A stretch of 41,364 nucleotides of DNA from a virus (lineage: Duplodnaviria > Caudoviricetes): IMG/VR virus record IMGVR_UViG_3300012931_000036, positions 1 through 41,364 of that record; one strand, given 5' to 3'. The notes beneath the pieces are model-generated. The model searched no databases. It saw only the letters and a list, made by a program, of their open reading frames with translations, and had not been told where the DNA came from. Below, one piece after another: positions 17,665 through 28,293 of the stretch; the stretch's first letter is position 1, and each line of letters starts with the position of its first letter. The position numbers and the translations under genes were made by a program.

Positions 17665-18213
17665 ATGCCAGCTGTCGCGATTGTGGGTATAGCTCTAACT
17701 ATAGGATCAATGGCAATGCAGGCCAAAGCGGCCAGCGATGCCAAAAAGCTTGCGCTCAAAACCGGCAATCAGAACCAGCAGATTGACGAGCAGGGCGTGC
17801 GGCAGCTCGAAATCAACACAGAGGCCAACATTCGTGCCGAGCGAAAGGAGAATGACGTTTACATTTCGCGTCAGCAGGCGGCCTACTCGGCAAGCGGCGT
17901 TTTGTCTTCAGGCTCTCCGCTCGACGTTGAGGCTACGACCGCAGGGCGATTGGAGCAGGCAGTTCAGCAACGGTGGATTGATTCGCAGGTGCAGGCGACT
18001 AACATGCGAATTCAGGGCGCTATGGGGCGTGAATACGCGGGCGCACAGGCAAGCGCGATTCAGACTCAGGCCAACATTGCAATGCTCAAGGGCGGTGCGC
18101 AACTCGCCTCGCAGGCTTACGGCGCATACCAGTCGGGCGCTTTCAGTTCTGCGCCGAAAACTGAGACCTCGTTTCCAGCATCTTCAACCGTGAGAACTGA
18201 CTACATCGCTTAA
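17665..18213 (+). CDS. Internal virion (ejection) protein, gp14-like
   Basis: Hydrophobic N-terminus, Q.AAYSASGV..GSPLDV motif, Ala/Gln-rich. Confidence 0.8.
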   Translation: MPAVAIVGIALTIGSMAMQAKAASDAKKLALKTGNQNQQIDEQGVRQLEINTEANIRAERKENDVYISRQQAAYSASGVLSSGSPLDVEATTAGRLEQAVQQRWIDSQVQATNMRIQGAMGREYAGAQASAIQTQANIAMLKGGAQLASQAYGAYQSGAFSSAPKTETSFPASSTVRTDYIA

Positions 18214-18214
18214 C

Positions 18215-19561
18215 ATGGCTATCGCAACAGTTCCAGGCTCCGAAATGATCCAAACGCCCGGCATGGGCGTGAAGCGGAACTTTGCTGCGCTGAACGTGGC
18301 GAATGAAGCGCGTGCCCAGATGGGCGAAGCCGTTGCTCAGGTTGGCCAAGCGGTCGGCGAGTTCAGTCAGAAATTGCAGGCGGCTAAAAACTACGGCATC
18401 GCTGCTGATGCGTCGCGCCAGATGCAACAGGCGTGGGGCGATTTCGTGCAATCGCGCGAAGGGCGAGACGACGAAGACAATTGGGTTGGCGAGTGGAAAG
18501 AGAAAGCACAGTCGCTCAAGTCGAGCGTCTACGAACAACACGCCGTTGGCCCAGCGCTCAAACGGCAACTAGAGCAGAATTTCAAGGACTGGGAGCAGAC
18601 CAACGCCATCGAAACGAGCACGATTGCGAACAAGAAGGCCATCCGCACGGCGAACCTGCGCGTTGACGAGGCTATCAATGAAGCGGCTAAGACAGGCCAG
18701 CCAGAGGCCGCAGATTCGCAGATTCGCGAGTTGATTAACGGCAAGGTAAAGGCGGGACTTATCGCTCCGCAGTTGGGTAAAGCGGAATTACAGGCCGCGC
18801 TCAATAAAGTAGATGAGTACGGCGCACGAAACTACATCGCAAGTAATCCGGCTGGTGCTGTCGATTATCTCAAAGACAACAAGAACTTTTCGCGGCTCGA
18901 TCCTGACCAACGATTCCGACTCATGACAGCAGCGCGTGAAAGGATGCACCAATACCAGAGCGATAACGCGATGGAGATCATGACGACAGCTCCGACTGAC
19001 GATGAACTTTCGATGCAGGTAAAAAGCGGTATCATAAGCGAACGCGGTGCAAAGCAGATTCGTATTTATCGCGACAAGGCGAACTATGACAGCGCTCGGG
19101 CCAATGCCGGTGAGATCGGCGGCGACATCGCCGACTACGCGCCCGACTACGACAAAGATCAGCAGCAATTTAACGAACTGAAGGTTCGCATCAAGGCGCT
19201 ACCCGATTTCATGGACCGTTACAAAAACAGTCTGATGAACCGCCTGACTAAGAAAACGAAGGAAGGCGCGGGCGGTGACGACGGCTACAAGGTCATTAAC
19301 GACATGTACCAACAGAAACTTTTTGGCGACTGGATGACTTTTGACGAGAAAGCGAAAAAGAATGTGCATGACCCGGCAGGATGGAAAAAAGCCAATGACA
19401 CGCGCTGGGCCATTCAAGACGAGCTTGAGCAGTGGCGGCAGGAACACCCGACAGCCAGCCGCTCAGAAGAACGCGACCAGGTTTTCAAGATTTCGCAGAA
19501 GCATTTTGACGGAAAGGCTACGCAGGCTGTATTTGATGGGCTAACCCAAGAAACGAAATGA
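18215..19561 (+). CDS. Internal virion protein, gp15-like position
   Basis: Helical 448-aa ORF; synteny. Confidence 0.65.
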   Translation: MAIATVPGSEMIQTPGMGVKRNFAALNVANEARAQMGEAVAQVGQAVGEFSQKLQAAKNYGIAADASRQMQQAWGDFVQSREGRDDEDNWVGEWKEKAQSLKSSVYEQHAVGPALKRQLEQNFKDWEQTNAIETSTIANKKAIRTANLRVDEAINEAAKTGQPEAADSQIRELINGKVKAGLIAPQLGKAELQAALNKVDEYGARNYIASNPAGAVDYLKDNKNFSRLDPDQRFRLMTAARERMHQYQSDNAMEIMTTAPTDDELSMQVKSGIISERGAKQIRIYRDKANYDSARANAGEIGGDIADYAPDYDKDQQQFNELKVRIKALPDFMDRYKNSLMNRLTKKTKEGAGGDDGYKVINDMYQQKLFGDWMTFDEKAKKNVHDPAGWKKANDTRWAIQDELEQWRQEHPTASRSEERDQVFKISQKHFDGKATQAVFDGLTQETK

Positions 19562-22500
19562 TGGAAACGCCCTCAGTAGCCTCTAGCGATCCGAGAAACC
19601 CGCCTGAAATCGAATTTGACCGACTACACAGTCTCTTTCAGGGGGTCGATAAGTTTGACTCGGCATTACCAGAGCAATCGCGCAAAGCGATTGAGCCTGT
19701 GCTCAAGATCAGCATTGATCCGAATGGGCAACGTCAGCGCATCGCCAATCAGCTACTTTTAGCTAATCGCTATAAGCGACCCGTATCGGAGATTACGCAG
19801 AACTACCCGGCCTTTCGTGATGACTACGCGAAAAAGATGTTCGGAAAGGAAACGGTAAGTGATGGCGATTTTTATGGCAGCGCAGCCGGATTACTGAACA
19901 ACGAAAAAGATGAACGTGTCATGCTGGGCGACATCCAAGCTGATATTTATAACAGTGCGATTGAAGGAAAGCCTGTTGCCGACTACTGGACAAGGAAGCA
20001 GCCGGAAATCAGCAGAATCAAAGGCTACAACGCCGCGCATCTCGATTTTTACCACCAGCACGTTCAAGACGTGTTTAGCTATGTTCAGCGCGAGGGCGAA
20101 CGACTCGAGGAGCCGATTGCAACGGTCAAGGATTACTTGACGCTTGCTCAAGGCGCTTCGCCGTCTGGCCAGCTTGGGCTTACGCCGAATGTTTCGCGTG
20201 AAATCGCGCCCGCTGCTTTCGATCTCGCGCAGGCACGCCGCGCAGCCATGAACGCGCTAGCCTCACTTCCGGCCGATCAGCAGGACTTCGCACTTGCGAT
20301 GGCCGCACGCGGAATGCAGCCAAAGGCGACCGACGAAAAGGCCGCACGCAGACTAGAACGCGGAACGGCTGAGTTTGTAAATGAAGCGATTGGGTTTTTT
20401 CGCGAAAACTTTACGATTGCGGGAAGTGAAGCGGAGCAGCAAGTAATCGAGCAGGATTACGCAGCCGGATTGTCGATGCGTAAGGCTGAGCGTAAGCTAA
20501 ACGATTTCGTTACAGGAAAAGTTGATCCGCTAACATCTACGTCATGGGCAGGCCGGGCCGCGTTGAATACGGTCGAAGGCTTACCTAAGCTCGCCGCCAT
20601 GTTTACCGGGCCGGGCATAGCGCTGAATTTAGCGGCAACGCAAAATCAGATTCAGGGGCAATTTGAAGATCGCGGAATTTCCCCTGAGAAATCCAAGAAT
20701 TTAGCCATTGCCGCCGCCGTTCCGATTACAGCGCTTCAGTTCGTCACCACGAAAATGGTAACGGGAAAAGTCCCAGGGATGGATAAATGGATTTCTAGCC
20801 TAGGCTCGCGCATTACCAGGACGATGGCGCTAGGCGCAGCAGAAACGGGCGTCATCGGCGCTTCTACGCTCGTGCAAATGGAGATTCCAAACGCCTTTCA
20901 GCAGATCACGGCCAGTCTTGACGATGCCGTGCCAGATGTTGACTGGAAGCACGAGTTTTCCGGGCTGAAAGATGCCGCGCCTGATATTTTTGGCCAGATG
21001 CTTCCATTGATTTTGGTCGGTACTGCGGTTGGCTCATTCAAGAATGAGGTTTACGGTAAGAATATGGTGGGGAATCGCACGGTTCTCGAAGCGATGGGGC
21101 ACAAGCCAGAGACGATTGAAGCCGTATTTGACGCGCTGACGCTCAAAGAGAAAGAGGCGATTTTGCAGGCGAATCACGCGAATCGTGAAATCGGAACGCC
21201 TACGCAAAAGGACGCGATAATCAAACTCCAGACTGAATCCGTTGTTAAGCCAACTGAGAACCCAGACTTTTCCCGCTATCAGGAAATTCAGGCATGGATG
21301 CGTGAGCATATCACACAGGCATCGAAAGAAAACACGCCAATCGACACGCCTGAATATCAGGCAATGTGGGCAGAGAGCGAAGGCATTAAAAATCGTAACG
21401 GCGGAATGCCGCCTGGTCAAACTACTGCTGCTCCTACCGTGAGCAAGAGCGATGATGGCACGTTCACCGTTACAAAGCCAACCGGCGAAATCGTCGCACA
21501 GGCGAATACACCCGAGATGGCCGCAAAGGCTGTCCGCGATAGCGTCGAGCGTGAAACCACTAGCATCAAGAACGCCAAGGCAAACGAAATGCGGGCCAAG
21601 GAGGGTTTGCCGCCGCTCAATGAGCATGATATTCTTACCGACAAGGCCGCATTTGATGAAGCGAAGCGCACACTTGAAAACGACCCGGAGGCCGGTCAAC
21701 GTCTAGTTGAGCGCATCGAAAAAGGCCACGTTCCGAACGGCCAAGAAATGACATTACTTCAGGTTGAAGCTGCACGGCTGGCTAGCGAAATCGACGCGGC
21801 GAATACGCGTCTAAACAAGGCCAGCGGGGAATCGGAAATAACCACCGCGCAGCAAGACCTCAACCGACTTCTTGACAGCTATCAGCGCTTGACCGATGCA
21901 AGCAAGTCGAGCGGAACTGACGTTGCGCAGGCTTTGCAGAAGCGTAAAATGGAGATCACTCGCGATTTCTCGCTTGCCGAAATGACCCGTAAGGCGACTG
22001 AAGCACTTGGAAAGAAGCCGTCAAAAGAGCAGCTCCAAGAAATTCAGGCACTCCAAAAGAAACATGCCGAATTACAGCGGGCCTACGACAATTACAAATC
22101 TCGCATGAGTGAACTTCTCATGTCGGATGAGCCAGCATCGGTGCGCGTTCCACGTGGCAATCCTCCGGGAAAGTTCAAAGCGTACTTTTCGGAAAGAGCG
22201 GACGCAGCGAAGGCGCGTATTTCCGCACGTCTTGAAAAGATTGTCGCGGCTGGTGTGGTCGAAGGTGAAGGTGTCAGCAGCCTATTGAGCGCCGATAATT
22301 TGGCTGACCTAGCCGTTGTAGGTGCAGACTACATTATCAAGTTCGGCTCTGATTTTGGCGATTTCAGCAAGCGGATGATGGCTGATTTTGGCGACAAGTT
22401 TAAGGACAAGCTTACGCCGCATCTAGCGAAGATTTATGACTCGGCGAAAGAAATGGTGACGACACAACGCAGGCTGATTGCAGCCGAGGCGGCGGCTGAT

Positions 22501-24078
22501 CGTCAGATTGCATTGCTTGAAGAGCAGATCAAAAATGAAGCCCCTTTTTCTCCATCGAAAACGGAGGTACCGACTAACGCAAAGATTGAAGCTAAACGCG
22601 CTCGCGTGGCAGAGCTTAAATACATTCGCGACAACATACGCGACATGCTTCAGCCCAAAGAGCCCATCACCAAAGAATCGACGGCAAACAAGGCATTCAA
22701 GACACGCACCGAAAAGCGCATCGCCGAACTTGAAAAGAAGATAGCCGAAAACGACTTCACGAAGAAGGAGCGCACGCCGCTGCATCTCGACGAAGAGGCC
22801 AACTTACTTCAGGCCAAAAAAGAGCGCGTCGAACAGGAGTATTACGACCGCCTTGCGAAATGGGAATACGACCAAAAAGGCGCTGTAGCTAAATTTGGCG
22901 AAAATGTGCTGAATGTCTATGACGCAGCTCGCGCAATAAAGACGACTGGCGAGGTATCTTTCATTCTGCGTCAAGGGCTGATGGCTACTGTTTCGCATCC
23001 CGTTATGGTAGCGAAACAACTACCGGCTGCGTTCAAGGCTTTCATTGGTACGCCAGAAAAAGCGCACGCCATCAATCTCGCGATTTTAAATCATCCCGAC
23101 ATGCCGCTTGCCCAAAAGGCAAAGCTTCACATTTTGAAGCCAGGCCAAGGATTAACAGCGCGGGAGGAAATGTTTGCAGCAAAGATGGTCGGCAAGATTC
23201 CTGTTGTTCACCGCTTCGAGCAGATGGCTACTGTTTTCCTGAACGCGACGCGCTTTGAACTCTGGCAGGCCATGCGGGCCGGTAGCAGCCAATCTAAGCC
23301 CGTTCTGGAGCATATTTCGGCCTACGTGAACGAATCTACCGGGCGAGGTAGTTTAGGCCGATTTGAGGGTGCAGCGGTACCTCTAGCACGTCTGCTGTTC
23401 TCACCGCGCTTCCTGATGAGCCGTATTCAGTACGCAACCGGGCATTCGCTTTGGCGTGGCGACGCTGAATCGCGGCGCATCATCGCCAAAGAGTATGCGC
23501 GCACGTTGGTAGGCCTTACCGCCTATTACGCCGCGCAATCGCTGTATTTTAGTGCGACATCGGACAGCGAAGAAACAAAGCCGACAATTGGCGCTGATCC
23601 GACTTCTTCCGACTTTGGCAAAATTGTAATTGGCAACGCTCGGCTTGATCCAATCGCCGGGTTAGCGCAGGTCATCGTTTTTATGTCGCGCTCGATTCTC
23701 GGGAAAACGACTAGCATCAGCGGAAAAACTAAAGAGGCTCCGATTGGCGGTGATGAGTGGGCAAAAATAGCAATGCGGTTTGCGCGCTCGAAGGCTCATC
23801 CCGTTATTGGCTCTGCGCTGAATCTTGCAATTGGCAAAGACCTCGGCGGAGATGATGTAGATATTTTCAAAGAGACCGCTCAATATCTCTATCCGATCAC
23901 ATACCCTGATATTTATCAGGCTTTTGAAGAGCAGAATATCCCAACGGCTTCAGCAATGGCTATACTCGCATTTCTTGGAGAAGGGTTACAGTCATACACC
24001 AAGCAAGACAAAGACACGGCATCGTTTTTTGAGAAGCTGACCGGCAAGAAAACCGAAGAGCAGAAAAAGCAGCCTTGA
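19558..24078 (+). CDS. Large internal virion (ejection) protein, gp16-like position
   Basis: 1506 aa with hydrophobic helices, coiled coils and a C-terminal DPTSSDFGKI.IG..R.D motif. Confidence 0.7.
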   Translation: MMETPSVASSDPRNPPEIEFDRLHSLFQGVDKFDSALPEQSRKAIEPVLKISIDPNGQRQRIANQLLLANRYKRPVSEITQNYPAFRDDYAKKMFGKETVSDGDFYGSAAGLLNNEKDERVMLGDIQADIYNSAIEGKPVADYWTRKQPEISRIKGYNAAHLDFYHQHVQDVFSYVQREGERLEEPIATVKDYLTLAQGASPSGQLGLTPNVSREIAPAAFDLAQARRAAMNALASLPADQQDFALAMAARGMQPKATDEKAARRLERGTAEFVNEAIGFFRENFTIAGSEAEQQVIEQDYAAGLSMRKAERKLNDFVTGKVDPLTSTSWAGRAALNTVEGLPKLAAMFTGPGIALNLAATQNQIQGQFEDRGISPEKSKNLAIAAAVPITALQFVTTKMVTGKVPGMDKWISSLGSRITRTMALGAAETGVIGASTLVQMEIPNAFQQITASLDDAVPDVDWKHEFSGLKDAAPDIFGQMLPLILVGTAVGSFKNEVYGKNMVGNRTVLEAMGHKPETIEAVFDALTLKEKEAILQANHANREIGTPTQKDAIIKLQTESVVKPTENPDFSRYQEIQAWMREHITQASKENTPIDTPEYQAMWAESEGIKNRNGGMPPGQTTAAPTVSKSDDGTFTVTKPTGEIVAQANTPEMAAKAVRDSVERETTSIKNAKANEMRAKEGLPPLNEHDILTDKAAFDEAKRTLENDPEAGQRLVERIEKGHVPNGQEMTLLQVEAARLASEIDAANTRLNKASGESEITTAQQDLNRLLDSYQRLTDASKSSGTDVAQALQKRKMEITRDFSLAEMTRKATEALGKKPSKEQLQEIQALQKKHAELQRAYDNYKSRMSELLMSDEPASVRVPRGNPPGKFKAYFSERADAAKARISARLEKIVAAGVVEGEGVSSLLSADNLADLAVVGADYIIKFGSDFGDFSKRMMADFGDKFKDKLTPHLAKIYDSAKEMVTTQRRLIAAEAAADRQIALLEEQIKNEAPFSPSKTEVPTNAKIEAKRARVAELKYIRDNIRDMLQPKEPITKESTANKAFKTRTEKRIAELEKKIAENDFTKKERTPLHLDEEANLLQAKKERVEQEYYDRLAKWEYDQKGAVAKFGENVLNVYDAARAIKTTGEVSFILRQGLMATVSHPVMVAKQLPAAFKAFIGTPEKAHAINLAILNHPDMPLAQKAKLHILKPGQGLTAREEMFAAKMVGKIPVVHRFEQMATVFLNATRFELWQAMRAGSSQSKPVLEHISAYVNESTGRGSLGRFEGAAVPLARLLFSPRFLMSRIQYATGHSLWRGDAESRRIIAKEYARTLVGLTAYYAAQSLYFSATSDSEETKPTIGADPTSSDFGKIVIGNARLDPIAGLAQVIVFMSRSILGKTTSISGKTKEAPIGGDEWAKIAMRFARSKAHPVIGSALNLAIGKDLGGDDVDIFKETAQYLYPITYPDIYQAFEEQNIPTASAMAILAFLGEGLQSYTKQDKDTASFFEKLTGKKTEEQKKQP

Positions 24079-24119
24079 ACCTTTACAAATCATAGCCTTA
24101 ACAATAACAAGGAAATACA

Positions 24120-26195
24120 ATGAGCTTATCCAATACGACTGCCCAAGTCGGGCCTTACACAATCGCCAGCTTTCCGGCTACCCTAGCAGTTTCATTTCCG
24201 TTCGCGATTGGAACTGACTTGCTAGTACAGAGCCTTGGAACCTCGCTAACGCCCAATGATCCGCCTGTTACACTCACCTACAACTCTGATTATACGGTTA
24301 CTGGTGGCGGCTTCAATTCAGCCAATGCCATGCTTACAGGCTCAGTTGTTTGCGTCGGCACGGGAGCCCATCTAGTGGAGGTCGGTGAACGTATCGTTAT
24401 TACTCTAGCGACACCAGAAACGCAGCTCACTAGTTTTCAACTTACAGGTCTTCTTACAGTGCCGATGATTGAGCGGGCATTCGATAAGCTGACCAACATC
24501 ACAAAGACGATTTCAGAAGGGCTCAAGCGCACGCTTCGCGTTCCTGCATCAACGACTTCTCTTAACGAGATAGATACCTCGCCGTTTAAAAGCATGGTAC
24601 TTGGATTTGATGCGAACATGCAGCCTACCCCGTATGCTCCAACGCCTGGGGCTGCTATGCCTGTTGCCACATCAAGCACGGTAGGATCTGTAAAGCCTGA
24701 CAATTCCACGACGATTGTAAGTGCATCGGGTGTGCTTTCAGCGCCTAGCGGAACGCGCATTGCAAGCGTAGCTGACTTAAAGCTGGTGGATTACTCAGCA
24801 TTCCCGGATAACACGCCAATCGAGCTTCTTGGCTACTACGCCGCAGGCGACGGCGGCGGGCAGAAACTCTACATTGACAAGGCCGATACGACTACGGCGG
24901 ATGATGGCGTGTTTACCTTTGTAGCGTCGGACGGGACTCGCATTAAAGCAGTGGATACTTCGTCGGTTACGCTCTGGCAGGCTGGCGCATTTTCAAGTTC
25001 ATCCGACTGCACGGCGCGTGCGCAGGCCGCGCTTAACGCATGTAAAAGCGTAATCATCCCTCCGGGCGTTTTTATCGTAGATGGCCTTACTGGCGGACTT
25101 AGCGGGCAAACCATTTCTGGCGTTGGAACCTTGAAGCTGAAAGCGGCTTCAGCTGCTGATGAAATCGTCAATGTAAACGCGAAGACAGACATAGTGATTC
25201 ACGGCGTTACATTTGACGGGAATAACGGTGCGCATGGCGCGTGGACTGAAGCGAGGGACTGCGTAAAAATTACAAGTTGCCAGCGGGTGCTTTTTGACGG
25301 CGTAACATTTAAAGGCATCACAAACGACGGTATTTATATACAGTCTGTCACCACAGCTACGACAGACGTAAAGGTTTTGGGTTGCCATTTCTACGGAGCC
25401 AATGACAACCGAAATGGAATCTCGATTATTTACGCTAAACGAGTTTCAATTACAGGGTGCCAATTTACAGGCATGTCCCGGTCTAATATGCCCGGTGCAA
25501 TCGACCTAGAACCGAATTTGAATTATGAGATTGTCGAAGATGTCGCCATATCCGGCAATACCTTCACGGATTGCAGGACGGCCGTACTTGGCTATAACGG
25601 AGTTACCGCAACTTGCAGGAACATTTCGGTAGGTATTAACACGGTAACGACACCAACCCTCAACCATAGCGCGAACTATGGATATTATTTTGATGGATTT
25701 ACCAATGTGTCGATTAGTGGTGGAGTCATTGATGACGTTTACAATTCCGCATGGTTTGATAATTGCGCAGTCGTTTCAATTTCCGGCCTAACTGTAACAA
25801 ATTGGACAGCGGGCGGGTTTGGGATCAAGTTCGAGGATGGAAACACGGATTGCCATGCAATTTACCAAGCTAAAGGGCCTGACGGTAACTATATCTCTAT
25901 TGTAGCGGGGGCCGAGGTCGTTCATGCTGTTCAGGTAGATGGATCGTGGAGATTTGGAGCTACAAGTCTAGTTTCTTACTGGGATATGGGCCTGCGTCCG
26001 GCATACGATCAATCTCACGCATTGGGAGCGCCAACGTATAGATGGGGTAATTTATATGTAGATGACGGATTTCTTGCAAGCCTTGTACTTTCGTCGTTGC
26101 CCACGTATGCAGATAATGCAGCAGCAGTAACTGCGGGCTGGCCAGTCAATAAGCTATATAAAACATCGACTGGCCAGGTAATGATTAGATACTAG
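24120..26195 (+). CDS. Tailspike/tail fibre with T7-type N-terminal adaptor and a pectate-lyase-like parallel beta-helix (probable depolymerase)
   Basis: IERAFDKLT adaptor motif, LLGYYAAGDGGG, AQAALNA...IIP.G.F, GVTFDGN, DGIYI, RNGISI and IDLEPN. Confidence 0.88.
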   Translation: MSLSNTTAQVGPYTIASFPATLAVSFPFAIGTDLLVQSLGTSLTPNDPPVTLTYNSDYTVTGGGFNSANAMLTGSVVCVGTGAHLVEVGERIVITLATPETQLTSFQLTGLLTVPMIERAFDKLTNITKTISEGLKRTLRVPASTTSLNEIDTSPFKSMVLGFDANMQPTPYAPTPGAAMPVATSSTVGSVKPDNSTTIVSASGVLSAPSGTRIASVADLKLVDYSAFPDNTPIELLGYYAAGDGGGQKLYIDKADTTTADDGVFTFVASDGTRIKAVDTSSVTLWQAGAFSSSSDCTARAQAALNACKSVIIPPGVFIVDGLTGGLSGQTISGVGTLKLKAASAADEIVNVNAKTDIVIHGVTFDGNNGAHGAWTEARDCVKITSCQRVLFDGVTFKGITNDGIYIQSVTTATTDVKVLGCHFYGANDNRNGISIIYAKRVSITGCQFTGMSRSNMPGAIDLEPNLNYEIVEDVAISGNTFTDCRTAVLGYNGVTATCRNISVGINTVTTPTLNHSANYGYYFDGFTNVSISGGVIDDVYNSAWFDNCAVVSISGLTVTNWTAGGFGIKFEDGNTDCHAIYQAKGPDGNYISIVAGAEVVHAVQVDGSWRFGATSLVSYWDMGLRPAYDQSHALGAPTYRWGNLYVDDGFLASLVLSSLPTYADNAAAVTAGWPVNKLYKTSTGQVMIRY

Positions 26196-26196
26196 C

Positions 26197-26832
26197 ATGA
26201 GCACCACCGACGCATCCAAACTACGTTTTACGCTTATCGCGGCATTGATTCTCCCGTCTGGCTGCAACGCTCCGCAATGGCGAGTGTTCCAGTCGAAGGT
26301 GCCTGCGCCGTTGGCAAAGCCTGCGATTCAGGTCGAGGCAGAGCGGGCGTCGGCTGACTTGGTAGCGCGCACTGTAACGGCCCCATCCGAGATCATCCCG
26401 GTCGCCCAGAAGCTATCATATAGCCTTGGCGCGCCCGAGCATCCAATCACACAGGCTAACCAAGCAAATGCCGCAAAACAGGCCGTAACGAGCCTTACGA
26501 TGGGAATTGTCGAAGCGCAGCAACTTCGTGATGGCCTAAACGACAAGCTTGCCAAGTACGACGGCAAGAAAATCGAAGGAACGGGAGTCAATCTGTTCGG
26601 ATTTGCGGTATCGCTTCCAGTGCTCGGGCTGATCGTGCTGGCTATATTCTGTCCCGGCGTACTCCTATGGCTTCTGGCAAATAGTCGAGGCGCACTGATT
26701 GCTACGATTAAAGGCATCCAATCATTCAAGGCCTTCAACCCGTCCGCTTCTATTTCACTTAACTCCGCGCTGGACTCGGCTCAGGATGCGGCACACAAAG
26801 CATTGGTAAAAAAACTGAAGGCGAAATTATGA
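26197..26832 (+). CDS. Lipoprotein with C-terminal transmembrane segment (unimolecular spanin candidate)
   Basis: KLRFTLIAALILPSG-C lipobox-like signal; FAVSLPVLGLIVLAIFCPGVLLWLL transmembrane segment followed by a Lys-rich tail. Confidence 0.55.
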   Translation: MSTTDASKLRFTLIAALILPSGCNAPQWRVFQSKVPAPLAKPAIQVEAERASADLVARTVTAPSEIIPVAQKLSYSLGAPEHPITQANQANAAKQAVTSLTMGIVEAQQLRDGLNDKLAKYDGKKIEGTGVNLFGFAVSLPVLGLIVLAIFCPGVLLWLLANSRGALIATIKGIQSFKAFNPSASISLNSALDSAQDAAHKALVKKLKAKL

Positions 26833-27212
26833 GTGCACAACGCAACAGCCTAAACGGGCGAACGAAGGCCGCTGAGTATATCGAGCCGCCCGTTGTGTCT
26901 GCTACGGGTGACACCGAAATCAAAACTACGCCCAAAGTAATCGGGGCTCTGATAGTCGGATGCGTCACGGCGGCAATCATGTGGGTTACGCTCTCTCTGA
27001 ACGTCTCAGCACACGGCGCAAGGATAGGGCAGGCTGAGGGCGACGTTGTGGAGTTGAAGCGTGGATCAGCAAACTCCAGCCGTCAGATTGAGAAGCTTGA
27101 CGATAGAACGGCCTCGCTTGAGGCATGGCGGAAAGAAATGGAGCAGCAACGGGCAGACATTCGCGCCATACGCGCAATGCTCGAAGCACAGGCGAAGCAA
27201 CAGAAACCTTAG
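26829..27212 (+). CDS. Single-TM coiled-coil protein (holin-like/lysis-associated)
   Basis: VIGALIVGCVTAAIMWVTLSL transmembrane segment then coiled coil; last gene of the late arm. Confidence 0.55.
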   Translation: MSAQRNSLNGRTKAAEYIEPPVVSATGDTEIKTTPKVIGALIVGCVTAAIMWVTLSLNVSAHGARIGQAEGDVVELKRGSANSSRQIEKLDDRTASLEAWRKEMEQQRADIRAIRAMLEAQAKQQKP

Positions 27213-27394
27213 TGAATCCACATCCCGTGCGGTCGGTTTGAATTGTAAAACTGGATGCCTCTTTCAGCGTCGCGTTTTAATTCCTCCATTCCAACCCATT
27301 TTTTCTTTTCAACGATAAGTTTATTACCGTGAGTTTTGACGCCGACTCTCCTATTCAATTTTGCTGCTGATGTTGCTGCGCCGATGGTTCCCAT
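27209..27394 (-). CDS. Small basic hypothetical protein
   Basis: Last ORF of the leftward operon, converging on the late arm. Confidence 0.5.
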   Translation of the reverse strand: MGTIGAATSAAKLNRRVGVKTHGNKLIVEKKKWVGMEELKRDAERGIQFYNSNRPHGMWIH

Positions 27395-27416
27395 GATGAT
27401 TTAGTTGTGTTGATTG

Positions 27417-27740
27417 TTATTTGTGCTGCGCGTAAAAGCATTGGCCGATTATTCCGATGGTTGCCGTTGTCATGAGTTGCTGAGGCGTGAACTTGAGCAC
27501 GCGCCATCCGAGCACGGCGGCTGAGTTGAACTTTTCCATTGAAGCGATGATACCGCTGCCTGTTGAGTGCCGTCCTTTCTTCCAGATTCCGCCGTCAACT
27601 TCGAGGGCGAGCTTGTACTCAGGCCATGCGAAATCGAATGCCCATTTGCGCTCAGGGTTGAATCTGAGTTCCTCGACCGGCCGAGGCAGGCCCATCGAAA
27701 TGCAGAGCGGGCCGAACATTGGATACCGCTGCTTAGTCAT
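27417..27740 (-). CDS. DUF559/Vsr-like PD-(D/E)XK endonuclease (possible resolvase)
   Basis: ELRF.PERKW.FDFAWP..KLALEVDGG.W..GRH...EKFN.AA.LGWRVLKF. Confidence 0.85.
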   Translation of the reverse strand: MTKQRYPMFGPLCISMGLPRPVEELRFNPERKWAFDFAWPEYKLALEVDGGIWKKGRHSTGSGIIASMEKFNSAAVLGWRVLKFTPQQLMTTATIGIIGQCFYAQHK

Positions 27741-27946
27741 AGTGCGGTCTCTCCATAGATTTGTTTGTAAATTTCCATGTGTGCTATCGTGCGTTTACGT
27801 TCGTAGTCTACGCGCTCCTTTTCAGTAACGGGAGCAAAGTCAGGCAGCTCATCGTGCTCATTGTCCCACTTCGCCTTTGCTCGCAGGTATTGCTTAAACA
27901 GCTCTATCTCGTGCCTATCGTTATCGGTTAACTTTACTGTGCTCAT
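27737..27946 (-). CDS. Hypothetical protein
   Basis: Tightly coupled ORF (MSTVKLTD start). Confidence 0.6.
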   Translation of the reverse strand: MSTVKLTDNDRHEIELFKQYLRAKAKWDNEHDELPDFAPVTEKERVDYERKRTIAHMEIYKQIYGETAL

Positions 27947-28293
27947 ACCGCCCATCCTTTCGCTTTTAGCTCGCTAGCCTGCTTAATCAGATCATCTAGC
28001 GATGGGTGGCGATCTGCGAAACTATCTCCATCAATAGCCGGTGCGCGTTTCGACAGCCATACTCCAATTCGCTGCGGCCCGCTTTGTACTATCTCAGCGC
28101 GTAAAAACATCGCATGGGCTGCAAGTACTAGCTTGGTAAGTTGGTCAAAGTCGTAGGTTGAGAATCCGCCTTGATACACCGTGAAGTACGCAGCGTCATT
28201 AAATCGTTTCTCCTGCTTGCTAACATGGTTCCATCCGCAAAATGCGTGATTCACCACGACGTTGAAACGCTCTTCGATTGTAAGTGTGTTCAT
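27943..28293 (-). CDS. Hypothetical protein
   Basis: STYDFDQLTKLVLAAH...R.EI motif resembles a common phage early family; ATGA coupling. Confidence 0.7.
   Translation of the reverse strand: MNTLTIEERFNVVVNHAFCGWNHVSKQEKRFNDAAYFTVYQGGFSTYDFDQLTKLVLAAHAMFLRAEIVQSGPQRIGVWLSKRAPAIDGDSFADRHPSLDDLIKQASELKAKGWAV

Noticed and set aside
24120-27212. Diversity-generating retroelement, suggested by the BPP-1-like virion genes
   Set aside because: No reverse transcriptase ORF and no TR/VR repeat pair differing at adenines was seen
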